Shown here piece after piece: positions 42,227-51,157 of a DNA stretch of 64,000 nt. How positions within the stretch are numbered: position 1 is the stretch's first letter; each line of letters starts with the position of its first letter. This DNA is from an uncultured virus (IMG/VR IMGVR_UViG_3300049595_003462). Its lineage: Duplodnaviria > Heunggongvirae > Uroviricota > Caudoviricetes. Both the position numbers and the translations under genes were made by a program. The stretch lies in IMG/VR virus record IMGVR_UViG_3300049595_003462; one strand, given 5' to 3'. Below the pieces are notes generated by a model. The model was not told the DNA's origin. It made no database searches and saw nothing but the letters and a program-made list of their open reading frames with translations.

Positions 42227-43513
42227 TTATTTAGGTAATGATATACCTAAACCACCTAAAAAGTCATCTAAACCATCATCTTCATCCTCATCTGAATCAA
42301 TATTTTCCTCTTCTTTGTAGTTTTCAAATTCTTCTTTCATTTGAATAGCTTCTTTCATAATTTCTTCAAATCTTGAAGTTGCTTTTCTAACTTTTGAAGA
42401 ATCTTCAGAGATGGCATTTCCAATAATTTCTAAAAACTCTTGTGCTGGTATTTGGTATAACAATATATGGAACCAGTTTATTAGTCCTTTATTATCTTGG
42501 TCGTACATTTTATCGGGTAATGCAAATCTAATTTTTTCAACTATTTCAGGACCGATTCTTAATTGCATTGGTTCGTTAGATAAAATGTCTGTTTGACCTT
42601 GTACTTTTTGACGAAGACCTGGCTCTTTTGGTAGTCCGTGTCTACCTTTAGCTTCTTCTAATCCTTTAATAATTTCATGACAAAGAATTGGGAAAATCAT
42701 ACCTGTGGCCATGATTTTTGTGTCGGATTGTGATTCACCTTCTTCACCATCTTCATCTTCATCGGCGTCACCTAATTCAACTTTACCTGCAACACCTTGA
42801 CCTGTTTGACTCATCATTTCAATCATTTGCTCCATACTAAAATACATGAAATCATTGATTGCCATGATACCCAAATAATCTCTATATAAAGACGGGTCAA
42901 TTGCATCTAATCTCGATTTAATTTCAGGTTTTTGGAAAAGGTAATGTCCTTTTTTTGCAGCACCTTGAATAATTGCGTTGATAATGTTTCTTTTGTGTTT
43001 CTCTAACTCTAAAATTTCTTCGTCAGTTAAATCTTCAACATCAAAAGATGGAAATTCTAAAGGTTGTTCTTTTTCTTCCTCATCTTCTTCTTCATCTTCA
43101 GGTTCAAATCTAAAATTACCAGTATCTGGCATACCTAAAGTCGCCTCGATTTGGTACCAATCTGCAGGAACTTCGGCCTCATCTAAAGACGCCTCTATTG
43201 CCAACTCTATGAGTTCATCCTTGTGAGCGCTCTCAATTCTCATAATATTAGGAAGTTTTCTCATCATTTCTTGATAAACCATTCCTTGAACTTGTCTTGA
43301 ACTAAGGTCTTGAATACCTGTAACCTCTCTTAATTTATCAGCAACTTTTTGAAATCTTTTACTAACCAATCTTTGAACATCCTGAGGACCTTTTGTCATT
43401 GCAGGATTTGTTGCATAAAGTCCTTCAGGACTTGCTAACTTTCTTTCTAAGTTTGGGTCCATTCTTTCAGGTGTATTCCCGTAATCAATTTGTTCGTTAA
43501 TTTTCTTTGCCAT
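42227..43513 (-). CDS. Hypothetical acidic protein
   Basis: 428 aa; N-terminal KINEQ. Confidence 0.65.
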   Translation of the reverse strand: MAKKINEQIDYGNTPERMDPNLERKLASPEGLYATNPAMTKGPQDVQRLVSKRFQKVADKLREVTGIQDLSSRQVQGMVYQEMMRKLPNIMRIESAHKDELIELAIEASLDEAEVPADWYQIEATLGMPDTGNFRFEPEDEEEDEEEKEQPLEFPSFDVEDLTDEEILELEKHKRNIINAIIQGAAKKGHYLFQKPEIKSRLDAIDPSLYRDYLGIMAINDFMYFSMEQMIEMMSQTGQGVAGKVELGDADEDEDGEEGESQSDTKIMATGMIFPILCHEIIKGLEEAKGRHGLPKEPGLRQKVQGQTDILSNEPMQLRIGPEIVEKIRFALPDKMYDQDNKGLINWFHILLYQIPAQEFLEIIGNAISEDSSKVRKATSRFEEIMKEAIQMKEEFENYKEEENIDSDEDEDDGLDDFLGGLGISLPK

Positions 43514-43516
43514 AAA

Positions 43517-44398
43517 TTATTTCTTTAATAAGTTCATTATCACATCAATCACTTTATCTTTAGCCTGTTCAGGAGAAACTTTTTTTGCCTTTGGAGCAGG
43601 ATTCTCACCAGGGTTTGGATTTTTACCAGGATGAGATGGTCTTGGTCTTGTATCAGGTTTTGTACCAGGTTTTGTTGGTGCTGGTTTTGTTGTTGGTGCA
43701 GGTGAGGTTTGTTGTTCCTTTGTTTCACTCTTTTTAGCCTTTGGAGCAGGATTCTCACCAGGGTTTGGATTTTTACCAGGATGAGATGGTCTTGGTCTTG
43801 TATCAGGTTTTGTACCAGGTTTTGTTTTTGGTTTTGTTGGAGCAGTTGTTGGTTCTGATTCTGAAAGAACCTTCATTAAATCTCCTTTTGTAATTCTTGG
43901 GGGTATATGTTTTTCCACTATTCTTTCTATTTGAGTTTCCAAGAACAAAGATACAGGATTTTTCCCTTCTTTCAATTGTTTTTTTACTTCTCTAACACAT
44001 CTTTCCCATTTTCTTGATTTTTTAGGTCCAACTTGTGAATGACAAATAGCCCAAGGATTTGGACCATCTTTTTCTTCCATCATTCCCATACCATCCGTTT
44101 CATCACCAAATCCATCATCTGATGAAGGACCTACTTGATGAGGGTCTTGAGTCTCAGTATCTTTATTTGGGTCTAAAGTTACTTCTTCTTCTTCATCCAG
44201 TTCTTTTTCATAAACTTGAAATGGTTTTTTTTCACTTTTTAATTTACTAATTGTCTCAGCATCTGTTTTTGATACCATTGTTTCTTCAACAAATAATTTT
44301 TTATGTAATACATTAATCTGTGATTCAGTTAATTTACTAACTGTTTTAGATGATAAACCTTTATCAATCAATTCAAGGGCTTTTTTATTAACTTTCAT
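43517..44398 (-). CDS. Hypothetical P/K-rich protein, possible internal head protein
   Basis: LTE/LKE/LSE motifs; NPWAICH; duplicated P/K-rich tail. Confidence 0.65.
   Translation of the reverse strand: MKVNKKALELIDKGLSSKTVSKLTESQINVLHKKLFVEETMVSKTDAETISKLKSEKKPFQVYEKELDEEEEVTLDPNKDTETQDPHQVGPSSDDGFGDETDGMGMMEEKDGPNPWAICHSQVGPKKSRKWERCVREVKKQLKEGKNPVSLFLETQIERIVEKHIPPRITKGDLMKVLSESEPTTAPTKPKTKPGTKPDTRPRPSHPGKNPNPGENPAPKAKKSETKEQQTSPAPTTKPAPTKPGTKPDTRPRPSHPGKNPNPGENPAPKAKKVSPEQAKDKVIDVIMNLLKK
43587..43826. repeat. Exact 90-bp direct repeat, period 150 bp
   Basis: 43587-43676 is identical to 43737-43826. Confidence 0.9.
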
Positions 44399-44783
44399 AT
44401 ATTAACTTTTTTTCAAATTCTAAAATCAAATCTCTTTCGTAGAGTTTATCTTTAATTTCTTGCTCGGTACTTCCAAATCTAAACACCATTCTTTTTTGTC
44501 CTTCAGATTCTTCAGTTTCCCAGGCTAACGCAACAACATCATCTATTGCGTCTATCATACAAAAAAAATCGGAGTTCTGAATCAATTCCAATTTTAAATC
44601 AGTATTTCTCAGAACTCCTACTTTCTTAATGTATTGTAATTCAGGTGGAGTTGGATAACCGTTGGAAGGTTTACTCTCCCAAGATTCTCCCCAAACATCC
44701 AAACTATCTGAAAATATAAATTCGTATAAATTATCTCCCTTATAGTTAGGACCTAGTCCGTTAACATAAGTTAAATAGCTCAT
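44388..44783 (-). CDS. Hypothetical protein
   Basis: 131 aa operonic ORF. Confidence 0.65.
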   Translation of the reverse strand: MSYLTYVNGLGPNYKGDNLYEFIFSDSLDVWGESWESKPSNGYPTPPELQYIKKVGVLRNTDLKLELIQNSDFFCMIDAIDDVVALAWETEESEGQKRMVFRFGSTEQEIKDKLYERDLILEFEKKLIYES

Positions 44784-46012
44784 ATTAAATCTCCGTTTGG
44801 TGTAATTCTTACTTGACCTGCTTTAGTTTCAAAAACTAAATTCTTTTTGTTTGTAATTCCAACAAACTTAGAATTTAAATTTTCTTTTATAAATTTTTTC
44901 GCAGCTAATTCTTGTTCAATAGTTTCAGTCATTTTAACAACTGATTCCATAATCTGATTAACTACAGCTTTTTTCTTAGCAGTTTCTTGAATTTGTTTTT
45001 CTTTACCTTCTCTGATTTCTTTTTTAGAAACCTCAAAATATTTTGAAATTACTTTATCTACTTTTGATTCACCAAAGATACTATCAAAGATTGCTCCATT
45101 ACCATAATCTTCTTCTTCCATTTCATAACCCTCAACAGGAACATCCATATCAGTTTGAATATCTTCAACTTCAGTATCGTCAGTCATATCTTCACCGTCC
45201 ATATCATCTTCAGCTCCAAAATCTTCAGTTTCATCTTCTTCAAATTTGGACATAATGTCTTCCATATCTTCCTCAGATAATGATTTTAAATCTAATGAAG
45301 ATAATACCATATTAATTACATATTTGATGTCTTCAGAAGTCATTCCTTCTTGACTATCAAGTGTTCTAATTTTTTGAGTTAATTTACCTGTAAGTTTTTG
45401 GATTGATTTAAAAGTAACTTGGTCTTCTCCACCTTCTTCAGTATCAACATCAATATCTTCAACATCAGTCTCAGGTGCCATGTCTTCCATTCCCATGTCT
45501 TCCATTCCCATGTCTTCCATTCCCATGTCTTCTTCTCCTCCCATCGGTGATGGTGGTAATTCAGGTGAAGGTACTGATGGTGGTGCTGCTGGAGGAGCCA
45601 TAGGAGCCTCCATTTCAGGTGATGGTGCTGGTTTTGGTGTTTTTAATGTGAATTTTTTTTGTTCACCATATAAAGAAATACCTTCATCATTTTCATTAAG
45701 TCTATTTAATTCACCAGCAACAAGATTTAACCTTTTAAACGCTTGTGAATACGATGAATAATATTTCCTATTTTTCATAGGTTCAATATATTCAGTTTCA
45801 GATTCTGAAATAGTTTTCTTAATAATATACCCTTGTCTTTCTCTAACAATTTCATATTTGTTTCCGTCGGCAAGAGCTACTGAATATTCAGATTTTGCAG
45901 TTTCGTTAATTGCTTTTGGCATTACTTCGTTAAAACGAGCAATTTCCATAATTCTATTTAGTTTGTCTTGGCCTTTTAGTTTTTCACTACCAATTGGTTT
46001 TAAATCTGCCAT
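44780..46012 (-). CDS. Acidic hypothetical protein, possible core/internal protein
   Basis: INE/ISE/LNE motifs; EDMGM 15-nt repeats near 45480-45530. Confidence 0.65.
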   Translation of the reverse strand: MADLKPIGSEKLKGQDKLNRIMEIARFNEVMPKAINETAKSEYSVALADGNKYEIVRERQGYIIKKTISESETEYIEPMKNRKYYSSYSQAFKRLNLVAGELNRLNENDEGISLYGEQKKFTLKTPKPAPSPEMEAPMAPPAAPPSVPSPELPPSPMGGEEDMGMEDMGMEDMGMEDMAPETDVEDIDVDTEEGGEDQVTFKSIQKLTGKLTQKIRTLDSQEGMTSEDIKYVINMVLSSLDLKSLSEEDMEDIMSKFEEDETEDFGAEDDMDGEDMTDDTEVEDIQTDMDVPVEGYEMEEEDYGNGAIFDSIFGESKVDKVISKYFEVSKKEIREGKEKQIQETAKKKAVVNQIMESVVKMTETIEQELAAKKFIKENLNSKFVGITNKKNLVFETKAGQVRITPNGDLI

Positions 46013-46030
46013 ATCTTTTTATTTTATATT

Positions 46031-46225
46031 TTAATTATTTAATCCGTTAAAACCACCTAAGGTTATTGCGTTTAGTTGCACGATTGGTTCATTATCAGCA
46101 TTAGAAAATACGGGATGAGGGGCAAACCCATTAGCTGGACCTCCCTCTGTAATTGAACCACCACTAAAATTACCTAAAATCTCAACGGTATACTCGTATT
46201 GTGTATTTGCGGAATATGTTGCCAT
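46031..46225 (-). CDS. Small hypothetical protein
   Basis: 64 aa; late motif at 46244-46250. Confidence 0.55.
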   Translation of the reverse strand: MATYSANTQYEYTVEILGNFSGGSITEGGPANGFAPHPVFSNADNEPIVQLNAITLGGFNGLNN

Positions 46226-46273
46226 GTGTATTAATTTTTCTTAATAAATATATGATTCATACGAATAATTTAA

Positions 46274-46999
46274 TTATTCTTGAATTGTTCTTTCAACAGA
46301 CAACTCTTTATCTGTCTCTTTATTCACGGTATCAAATAATTTTTCTATGTGACCTGACCTTCTTAAAAACTTAAAGACTAAATTTTCATAAGATAATTCA
46401 CCATCTTTTTCTAACCCAGCCTTTCTATAATCTTTGAGTTTAGTCTTAATTGTTTCTAAATCTTTGCCCTCGTCAATTGCAGTATCAATCTTTTCTGTCC
46501 AAGTTTTTATCTTTTTTTCAAGCACACCTTTATCAATTTCATTCTTGAATTTTTTTGGTTTACTAATCCATTCATCATTCATAACAGAATAAACTCCCGA
46601 ACTATAATGTGGTTCTTCTGCATCTTGAGCATATAACTCAACATCATAACCAAAAATCTTAATATTATGTTTGTCGTTGAAAACTTGTTTTTTTAAATTA
46701 AACAATTCTTTATACAATTCACTTTGGTTTTCGTATTGTTGTAAATCAACAATTACATGTAAATCAAAATCTGAAAATTCTGACCAATTAAAATTTGCCA
46801 ATGAACCTGTGAGATGAATATCGTCCACAAAAACATCATCACCCAAATAATCAATAAACTCTTCCGCAATACGCGTAAGAGCTTTTCTAACTTTTGGTAT
46901 CATAACCGCTTTGTTAGGTTCTTTTGGGGATTCCCAAATTTTTGGGTTTAATGTGTCCTTAATAGAAAAACTATCAAGGATTTTTTGAAAACTATTCAT
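46274..46999 (-). CDS. Nucleotidyltransferase (Pol-beta superfamily)
   Basis: LTGSLAN..SDFDLH and VELY motifs. Confidence 0.8.
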   Translation of the reverse strand: MNSFQKILDSFSIKDTLNPKIWESPKEPNKAVMIPKVRKALTRIAEEFIDYLGDDVFVDDIHLTGSLANFNWSEFSDFDLHVIVDLQQYENQSELYKELFNLKKQVFNDKHNIKIFGYDVELYAQDAEEPHYSSGVYSVMNDEWISKPKKFKNEIDKGVLEKKIKTWTEKIDTAIDEGKDLETIKTKLKDYRKAGLEKDGELSYENLVFKFLRRSGHIEKLFDTVNKETDKELSVERTIQE

Positions 47000-47020
47000 C
47001 CTATATAAATAGTAGGATTA

Positions 47021-47263
47021 TTAAAGTTTTTTATATGGGTATTTTTTTGCGATATCTGTGGTAAAAAATTTACCTTGAGATTCTGCTAACCTAAGTTTTG
47101 TATAAACCTGATGGGGAACCCCATCGTATTTGTATTTTGCTCCGTTATTAAATTCAACAACTAAATCTTTTGTTTCAGTATCGTATTCAGTTGATTTAAT
47201 ATTTGACGATTTTATTTCGTTTTTAATCTTCGTCCCGTTGATTTCTTCTTTGACTATAGCCAT
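47021..47263 (-). CDS. KTSC-domain protein
   Basis: SSNIKSTEYD..LVVEFNNG..YKYDGVP..AESQGKFF. Confidence 0.85.
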   Translation of the reverse strand: MAIVKEEINGTKIKNEIKSSNIKSTEYDTETKDLVVEFNNGAKYKYDGVPHQVYTKLRLAESQGKFFTTDIAKKYPYKKL

Positions 47264-47405
47264 CTTTACTTAGTGGGGTTAATTCGTTTATTTTTTCCAT
47301 TAATGGTTTTAAATATTCTTGGAAATGCTGTCTTAACTCAATATATGTATTAAGTAGTTCTCTTAAAGTTAAAGATCCATTTAAATATAATTCAAAAGGT
47401 TTCAT
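47223..47405 (-). CDS. Small hypothetical protein
   Basis: Start at ATG 47405 just after the late motif 47409-47416. Confidence 0.45.
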   Translation of the reverse strand: MKPFELYLNGSLTLRELLNTYIELRQHFQEYLKPLMEKINELTPLSKDGYSQRRNQRDED

Positions 47406-47417
47406 GTATATAAATAC

Positions 47418-47445
47418 AAAACCCCCACCATTTGGTGAGGGTTTC
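47418..47445 (-). terminator. Intrinsic terminator
   Basis: Imperfect AAACCC(C)CACCA/TGGTG(A)GGGTTT stem. Confidence 0.6.
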
Positions 47446-47447
47446 AT

Positions 47448-47846
47448 TTAAGACTTCAGTTTTTTTAATTCATCCCTGAGTTCAATCGCCATTTCAAAGT
47501 TTTGTTCCTTAATTGCTTTTTTCAATTCAAGTTCAACTTTTTCAATTTCTTCTTGATTTGATTCTAAGTTTTTAATTTGGTCTCTCAATTTAATTGCTGA
47601 TTCAAAATCTTCAGTTTCAATTGCCCTTTGAAGTTTAATCTTAAGGTATTCTTCTTTACTCATTTGTTTTGACTTGTCTAAATCTGATAAATCAAATACC
47701 TTATAGTAACTAGTCACTTTATATGAACCATCAGGTGATTCATAACTTTTTTCCGACCAATCCGTTTTATGGAAATCTTCCATCATTTTTTCATAACGAG
47801 CTATTAACTCGTCAAAGTTAAAATTAAAGTTTCTTTTGTTAAACAT
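47448..47846 (-). CDS. Protein with two UvrB/UvrC (UVR) coiled-coil motifs
   Basis: LQRAIETEDFESAIKLRDQI and LKKAIKEQNFEMAIELRDEL. Confidence 0.8.
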   Translation of the reverse strand: MFNKRNFNFNFDELIARYEKMMEDFHKTDWSEKSYESPDGSYKVTSYYKVFDLSDLDKSKQMSKEEYLKIKLQRAIETEDFESAIKLRDQIKNLESNQEEIEKVELELKKAIKEQNFEMAIELRDELKKLKS

Positions 47847-48045
47847 ATTTTTTTTGTTTTTGTAAATTTATTTTATATCTTTGTGGTATCAAAATTTATT
47901 CCTTTGATAAATATAAGTCATTTTTTCAGATAAAACAAATATTATATGACATTATGTCATTATAAAAAAATATTACTGACAATTTGACAAATTATTTGGA
48001 GATGTATAAAATTTGTTGTTACTTTGTAAAAAATCTATAAAATAT

Positions 48046-50061
48046 ATGAACGACTTAATGGACGATGACGACAAAATGATGAGTAAAAAATCAAAATCAT
48101 CTGCAGATTCAAACACACCTGTATTAGACAACTTCAGTAGAGACCTAAATAAATTAGCTGAGGCGGGTAAACTTGACCCTGTTATTGGTCGTGACCGAGA
48201 GATTTTGAGAATTGCTCAGATTTTATCTCGTAGAAAGAAAAATAACCCAATTATTATTGGTGAACCTGGTTGTGGTAAAACTGCTCTTGTTGAAGGTTTG
48301 GCAATTAAAATTGTTAATGGGGAATGTCCTCGTAACTTAATTGACAAACGTATTGTTAACCTTGACCTAACTTCAGTTGTTGCTGGTACCAAATACCGTG
48401 GACAATTCGAAGAAAGAATGAAAGTGATTATTGAAGAACTTCAGGCGAATCCAAACATCATTGTGTTTATTGACGAGATTCACACTTTGGTTGGTTCAGG
48501 TAATTCTTCAGGTTCAATGGATGGTTCAAACATCTTTAAACCAGCACTTTCTCGTGGTGAACTTCAATGTATTGGAGCAACCACATTGGATGAATTCCGT
48601 AAGAACATTGAAAAAGACGGAGCGTTAGAACGTAGATTCCAAAAAGTAATTGTTGATCCATCATCAGTTGATGAAACAATTCAAATCCTTAAGAATGTTC
48701 GTGACAAATACGAAAACTTCCACAAGGTAAATTACAGTGATGAGGTTATTGAAACTTGTGTTAAGTTGGCAGACCGTTATATCACTGACCGTGAATTTCC
48801 TGACAAAGCGTTTGACATCTTGGATGAGGTTGGGGCAAGAATGCAAACTGACTTAAAAGTTCCTGATGTTATTGAAGACCTTAAAAAGAAGGCTGCAGAT
48901 ATCAAACAACAAAAAATTGATGTGGTTAAAAAACAAAACTACGAACAAGCAGCAGAACTTCGTGACAAGGAGAAGAAATTGTTAATAAAACTTGAGCAAG
49001 AAAAAATTAAGTTTGAAGAACAATTGGCGAAGGAAAAACAAACCATCTTGTTGGAACACGTATACGATGTTGTTTCAAACATGACCAAAATTCCTGTAAA
49101 CAAAATGAGCGTTGATGACACAAAATCATTGTTAGATTTAGACAAAAACTTAATTGGTAAAGTTATTGGTCAGGACAACGCTGTTGTTAAGATTGCAAAA
49201 TCTATTAAAAGAAACCGTTTGGGCATTAAAGACCCTAACCGTCCAATTGGCTCATTCGTGTTCTTGGGTTCTACTGGTGTTGGTAAAACATACTTGGCAA
49301 AACAATTGGCTAAGGAAATGTTTGGTTCTGAAGATTCACTTATCCGTGTGGATATGTCAGAATACCAAGAGAAACATAGTATTTCTAAATTAGTGGGAGC
49401 TCCTCCGGGTTATGTTGGTTATGAAGAAGGTGGATTGTTAACTGAAAAAGTTAAAAACAAACCATATTCAGTTATCTTGTTTGACGAGGTGGAAAAAGCA
49501 CACAAAGATGTATTCACTGTTTTACTTCAAATCTTGGATGATGGTCATGTGACAGATAGTTTAGGTCGTAAGATTAACTTCAAGAATACCTTGATTATCT
49601 TGACATCAAATTTAGGGGTTAAGAAACTACAAGAATTTGGAACAGGTATTGGTTTCTCTTCAAACGCATATAGTAATGAAGAAGCTAAGAAACAAATGTT
49701 AATGAAAGAAATGAAGAATTTCTTTTCTCCTGAGTTCTTAAATCGTATTGATGATACAATCGTATTTAATTCTTTATCTCAAGAGGATATTAAAAAGATT
49801 ACAGACATTGAATTAAAGAAGTTGGTAGTTCGTCTTGTAGACATGAAATACAACATCACATACGATGATTCATTGGTTGAGTATCTTGCTAAGATTGGTT
49901 ATGATGAATTATACGGAGCTCGTCCATTGAAAAGAGCAATTCAAGATAAGGTTGAAGACCTATTGTCTGAAGAAGTTCTAACAGGTAAGATGATTGAGGG
50001 TAAAACTTATCTCATCAAAGTAGTGGATGAAAATGTGGTGGTCCAAAAGAAAGGACGATAA
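48046..50061 (+). CDS. clpC: ClpC-like AAA+ chaperone lacking the N-terminal Clp repeat domain
   Basis: GEPGCGKT and GSTGVGKT Walker A motifs, KYRGQFEER, UVR-type M-domain QNYEQAAELRD, GIGF ClpP-docking loop. Confidence 0.88.
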   Translation: MNDLMDDDDKMMSKKSKSSADSNTPVLDNFSRDLNKLAEAGKLDPVIGRDREILRIAQILSRRKKNNPIIIGEPGCGKTALVEGLAIKIVNGECPRNLIDKRIVNLDLTSVVAGTKYRGQFEERMKVIIEELQANPNIIVFIDEIHTLVGSGNSSGSMDGSNIFKPALSRGELQCIGATTLDEFRKNIEKDGALERRFQKVIVDPSSVDETIQILKNVRDKYENFHKVNYSDEVIETCVKLADRYITDREFPDKAFDILDEVGARMQTDLKVPDVIEDLKKKAADIKQQKIDVVKKQNYEQAAELRDKEKKLLIKLEQEKIKFEEQLAKEKQTILLEHVYDVVSNMTKIPVNKMSVDDTKSLLDLDKNLIGKVIGQDNAVVKIAKSIKRNRLGIKDPNRPIGSFVFLGSTGVGKTYLAKQLAKEMFGSEDSLIRVDMSEYQEKHSISKLVGAPPGYVGYEEGGLLTEKVKNKPYSVILFDEVEKAHKDVFTVLLQILDDGHVTDSLGRKINFKNTLIILTSNLGVKKLQEFGTGIGFSSNAYSNEEAKKQMLMKEMKNFFSPEFLNRIDDTIVFNSLSQEDIKKITDIELKKLVVRLVDMKYNITYDDSLVEYLAKIGYDELYGARPLKRAIQDKVEDLLSEEVLTGKMIEGKTYLIKVVDENVVVQKKGR

Positions 50062-50066
50062 TTAAG

Positions 50067-50093
50067 AAGGGGGATGAAAATCCCCCTTTTTTT
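50067..50093 (+). terminator. Intrinsic terminator
   Basis: AAGGGGGAT-GAAA-ATCCCCCTTTTTTT. Confidence 0.85.
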
Positions 50094-50108
50094 ATATATT
50101 TATATTTG

Positions 50109-50297
50109 ATGAAAGAGTTAATCAGAAGAATTATCAGAGAAACCGTTAAAGACGGTAAAGTTTTATGTGATGAGTGTCCACATAGTTGGGATATTTCTGA
50201 TGGTGGTGATGACCTATATATTTGTCATAAATGTGGTCATGACAATGAACCTAAAGACAAAAAAAATCGGATAATTTCTCATCCGACTTATAATTAA
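50109..50297 (+). CDS. Small Zn-ribbon protein with internal-protein-type N-terminus
   Basis: MKELIRRIIRE; CDEC..CHKCG; TATTTATA at 50097-50104. Confidence 0.6.
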   Translation: MKELIRRIIRETVKDGKVLCDECPHSWDISDGGDDLYICHKCGHDNEPKDKKNRIISHPTYN

Positions 50298-51133
50298 AAT
50301 ACTAACCGAGTTTTCCAGTCGTAATTAACTGATTTCTTGTAGTGTAATTTATTCCCAAGGTTTTCAATCATTTTCTTACCCAGATCAATTCCGTTAAAAA
50401 CATCTTCAACTACCACATATTCATGTTTTGTGTGATAATTGTAATATCCAATCGAAATGTTAATACAAGAGAAGTTAAACTTACTTCTTAGGGCATATAC
50501 GTCAGTGTAAGGGTGAACCATGTACTCCATATCATTTTGATTCATTCCTTCAGTCAAAACTTTATCACAAGCCTCAAAAAATTCTGTATCCCTGTCAAAC
50601 AATACTTGGCCAAAACATTTTTCTGTAATCATCCAATTTTCAGGTGCGTCAAATTGAATTCCATACCCAACATTTTTAAAAAATTCTTTACTCGCTTTAA
50701 GTGAACCATGACAACCAGTTTCTTCGGATACAAAGAACGCGGCTTTAACATTTGGTAATTCTTGTAGTAAAGTTAAACAAGCAAAAACACCACATTTGTC
50801 ATCACCACCAATACCAGTTGGGTTTCCTTGGTCGTTATACGCTTTGTAAGATAGTTTTTCCTCTCCTTGAGCATTGAATAACATTTCTTCCTTAATATTA
50901 ATTGTGTCAATGTTGTGAACGGTGTCAGTATGGGAAATAACACATGGGAAATAAAAATCTTCAGGTAATTCTGACGATTCTTGTTTTGTTGCATATACGT
51001 TATGATATTCATCAACAAAATGTGTAATATTATTTTCGGTTAACCAATTAACCAAAAACGCAACCATTCTTTCTTCTTGATATGTCTTAGTTGGAACGCT
51101 TAATACGTTTTTTAGTAGTTCTAAATTATTCAT
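50294..51133 (-). CDS. M20/M28/M42-type metallopeptidase
   Basis: SHTDTV, GGDDKCG, SEETGCHGS, FD, YYNYHT. Confidence 0.8.
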   Translation of the reverse strand: MNNLELLKNVLSVPTKTYQEERMVAFLVNWLTENNITHFVDEYHNVYATKQESSELPEDFYFPCVISHTDTVHNIDTINIKEEMLFNAQGEEKLSYKAYNDQGNPTGIGGDDKCGVFACLTLLQELPNVKAAFFVSEETGCHGSLKASKEFFKNVGYGIQFDAPENWMITEKCFGQVLFDRDTEFFEACDKVLTEGMNQNDMEYMVHPYTDVYALRSKFNFSCINISIGYYNYHTKHEYVVVEDVFNGIDLGKKMIENLGNKLHYKKSVNYDWKTRLVF

Positions 51134-51157
51134 GAAGCAAATATAAGAAATTTATTC

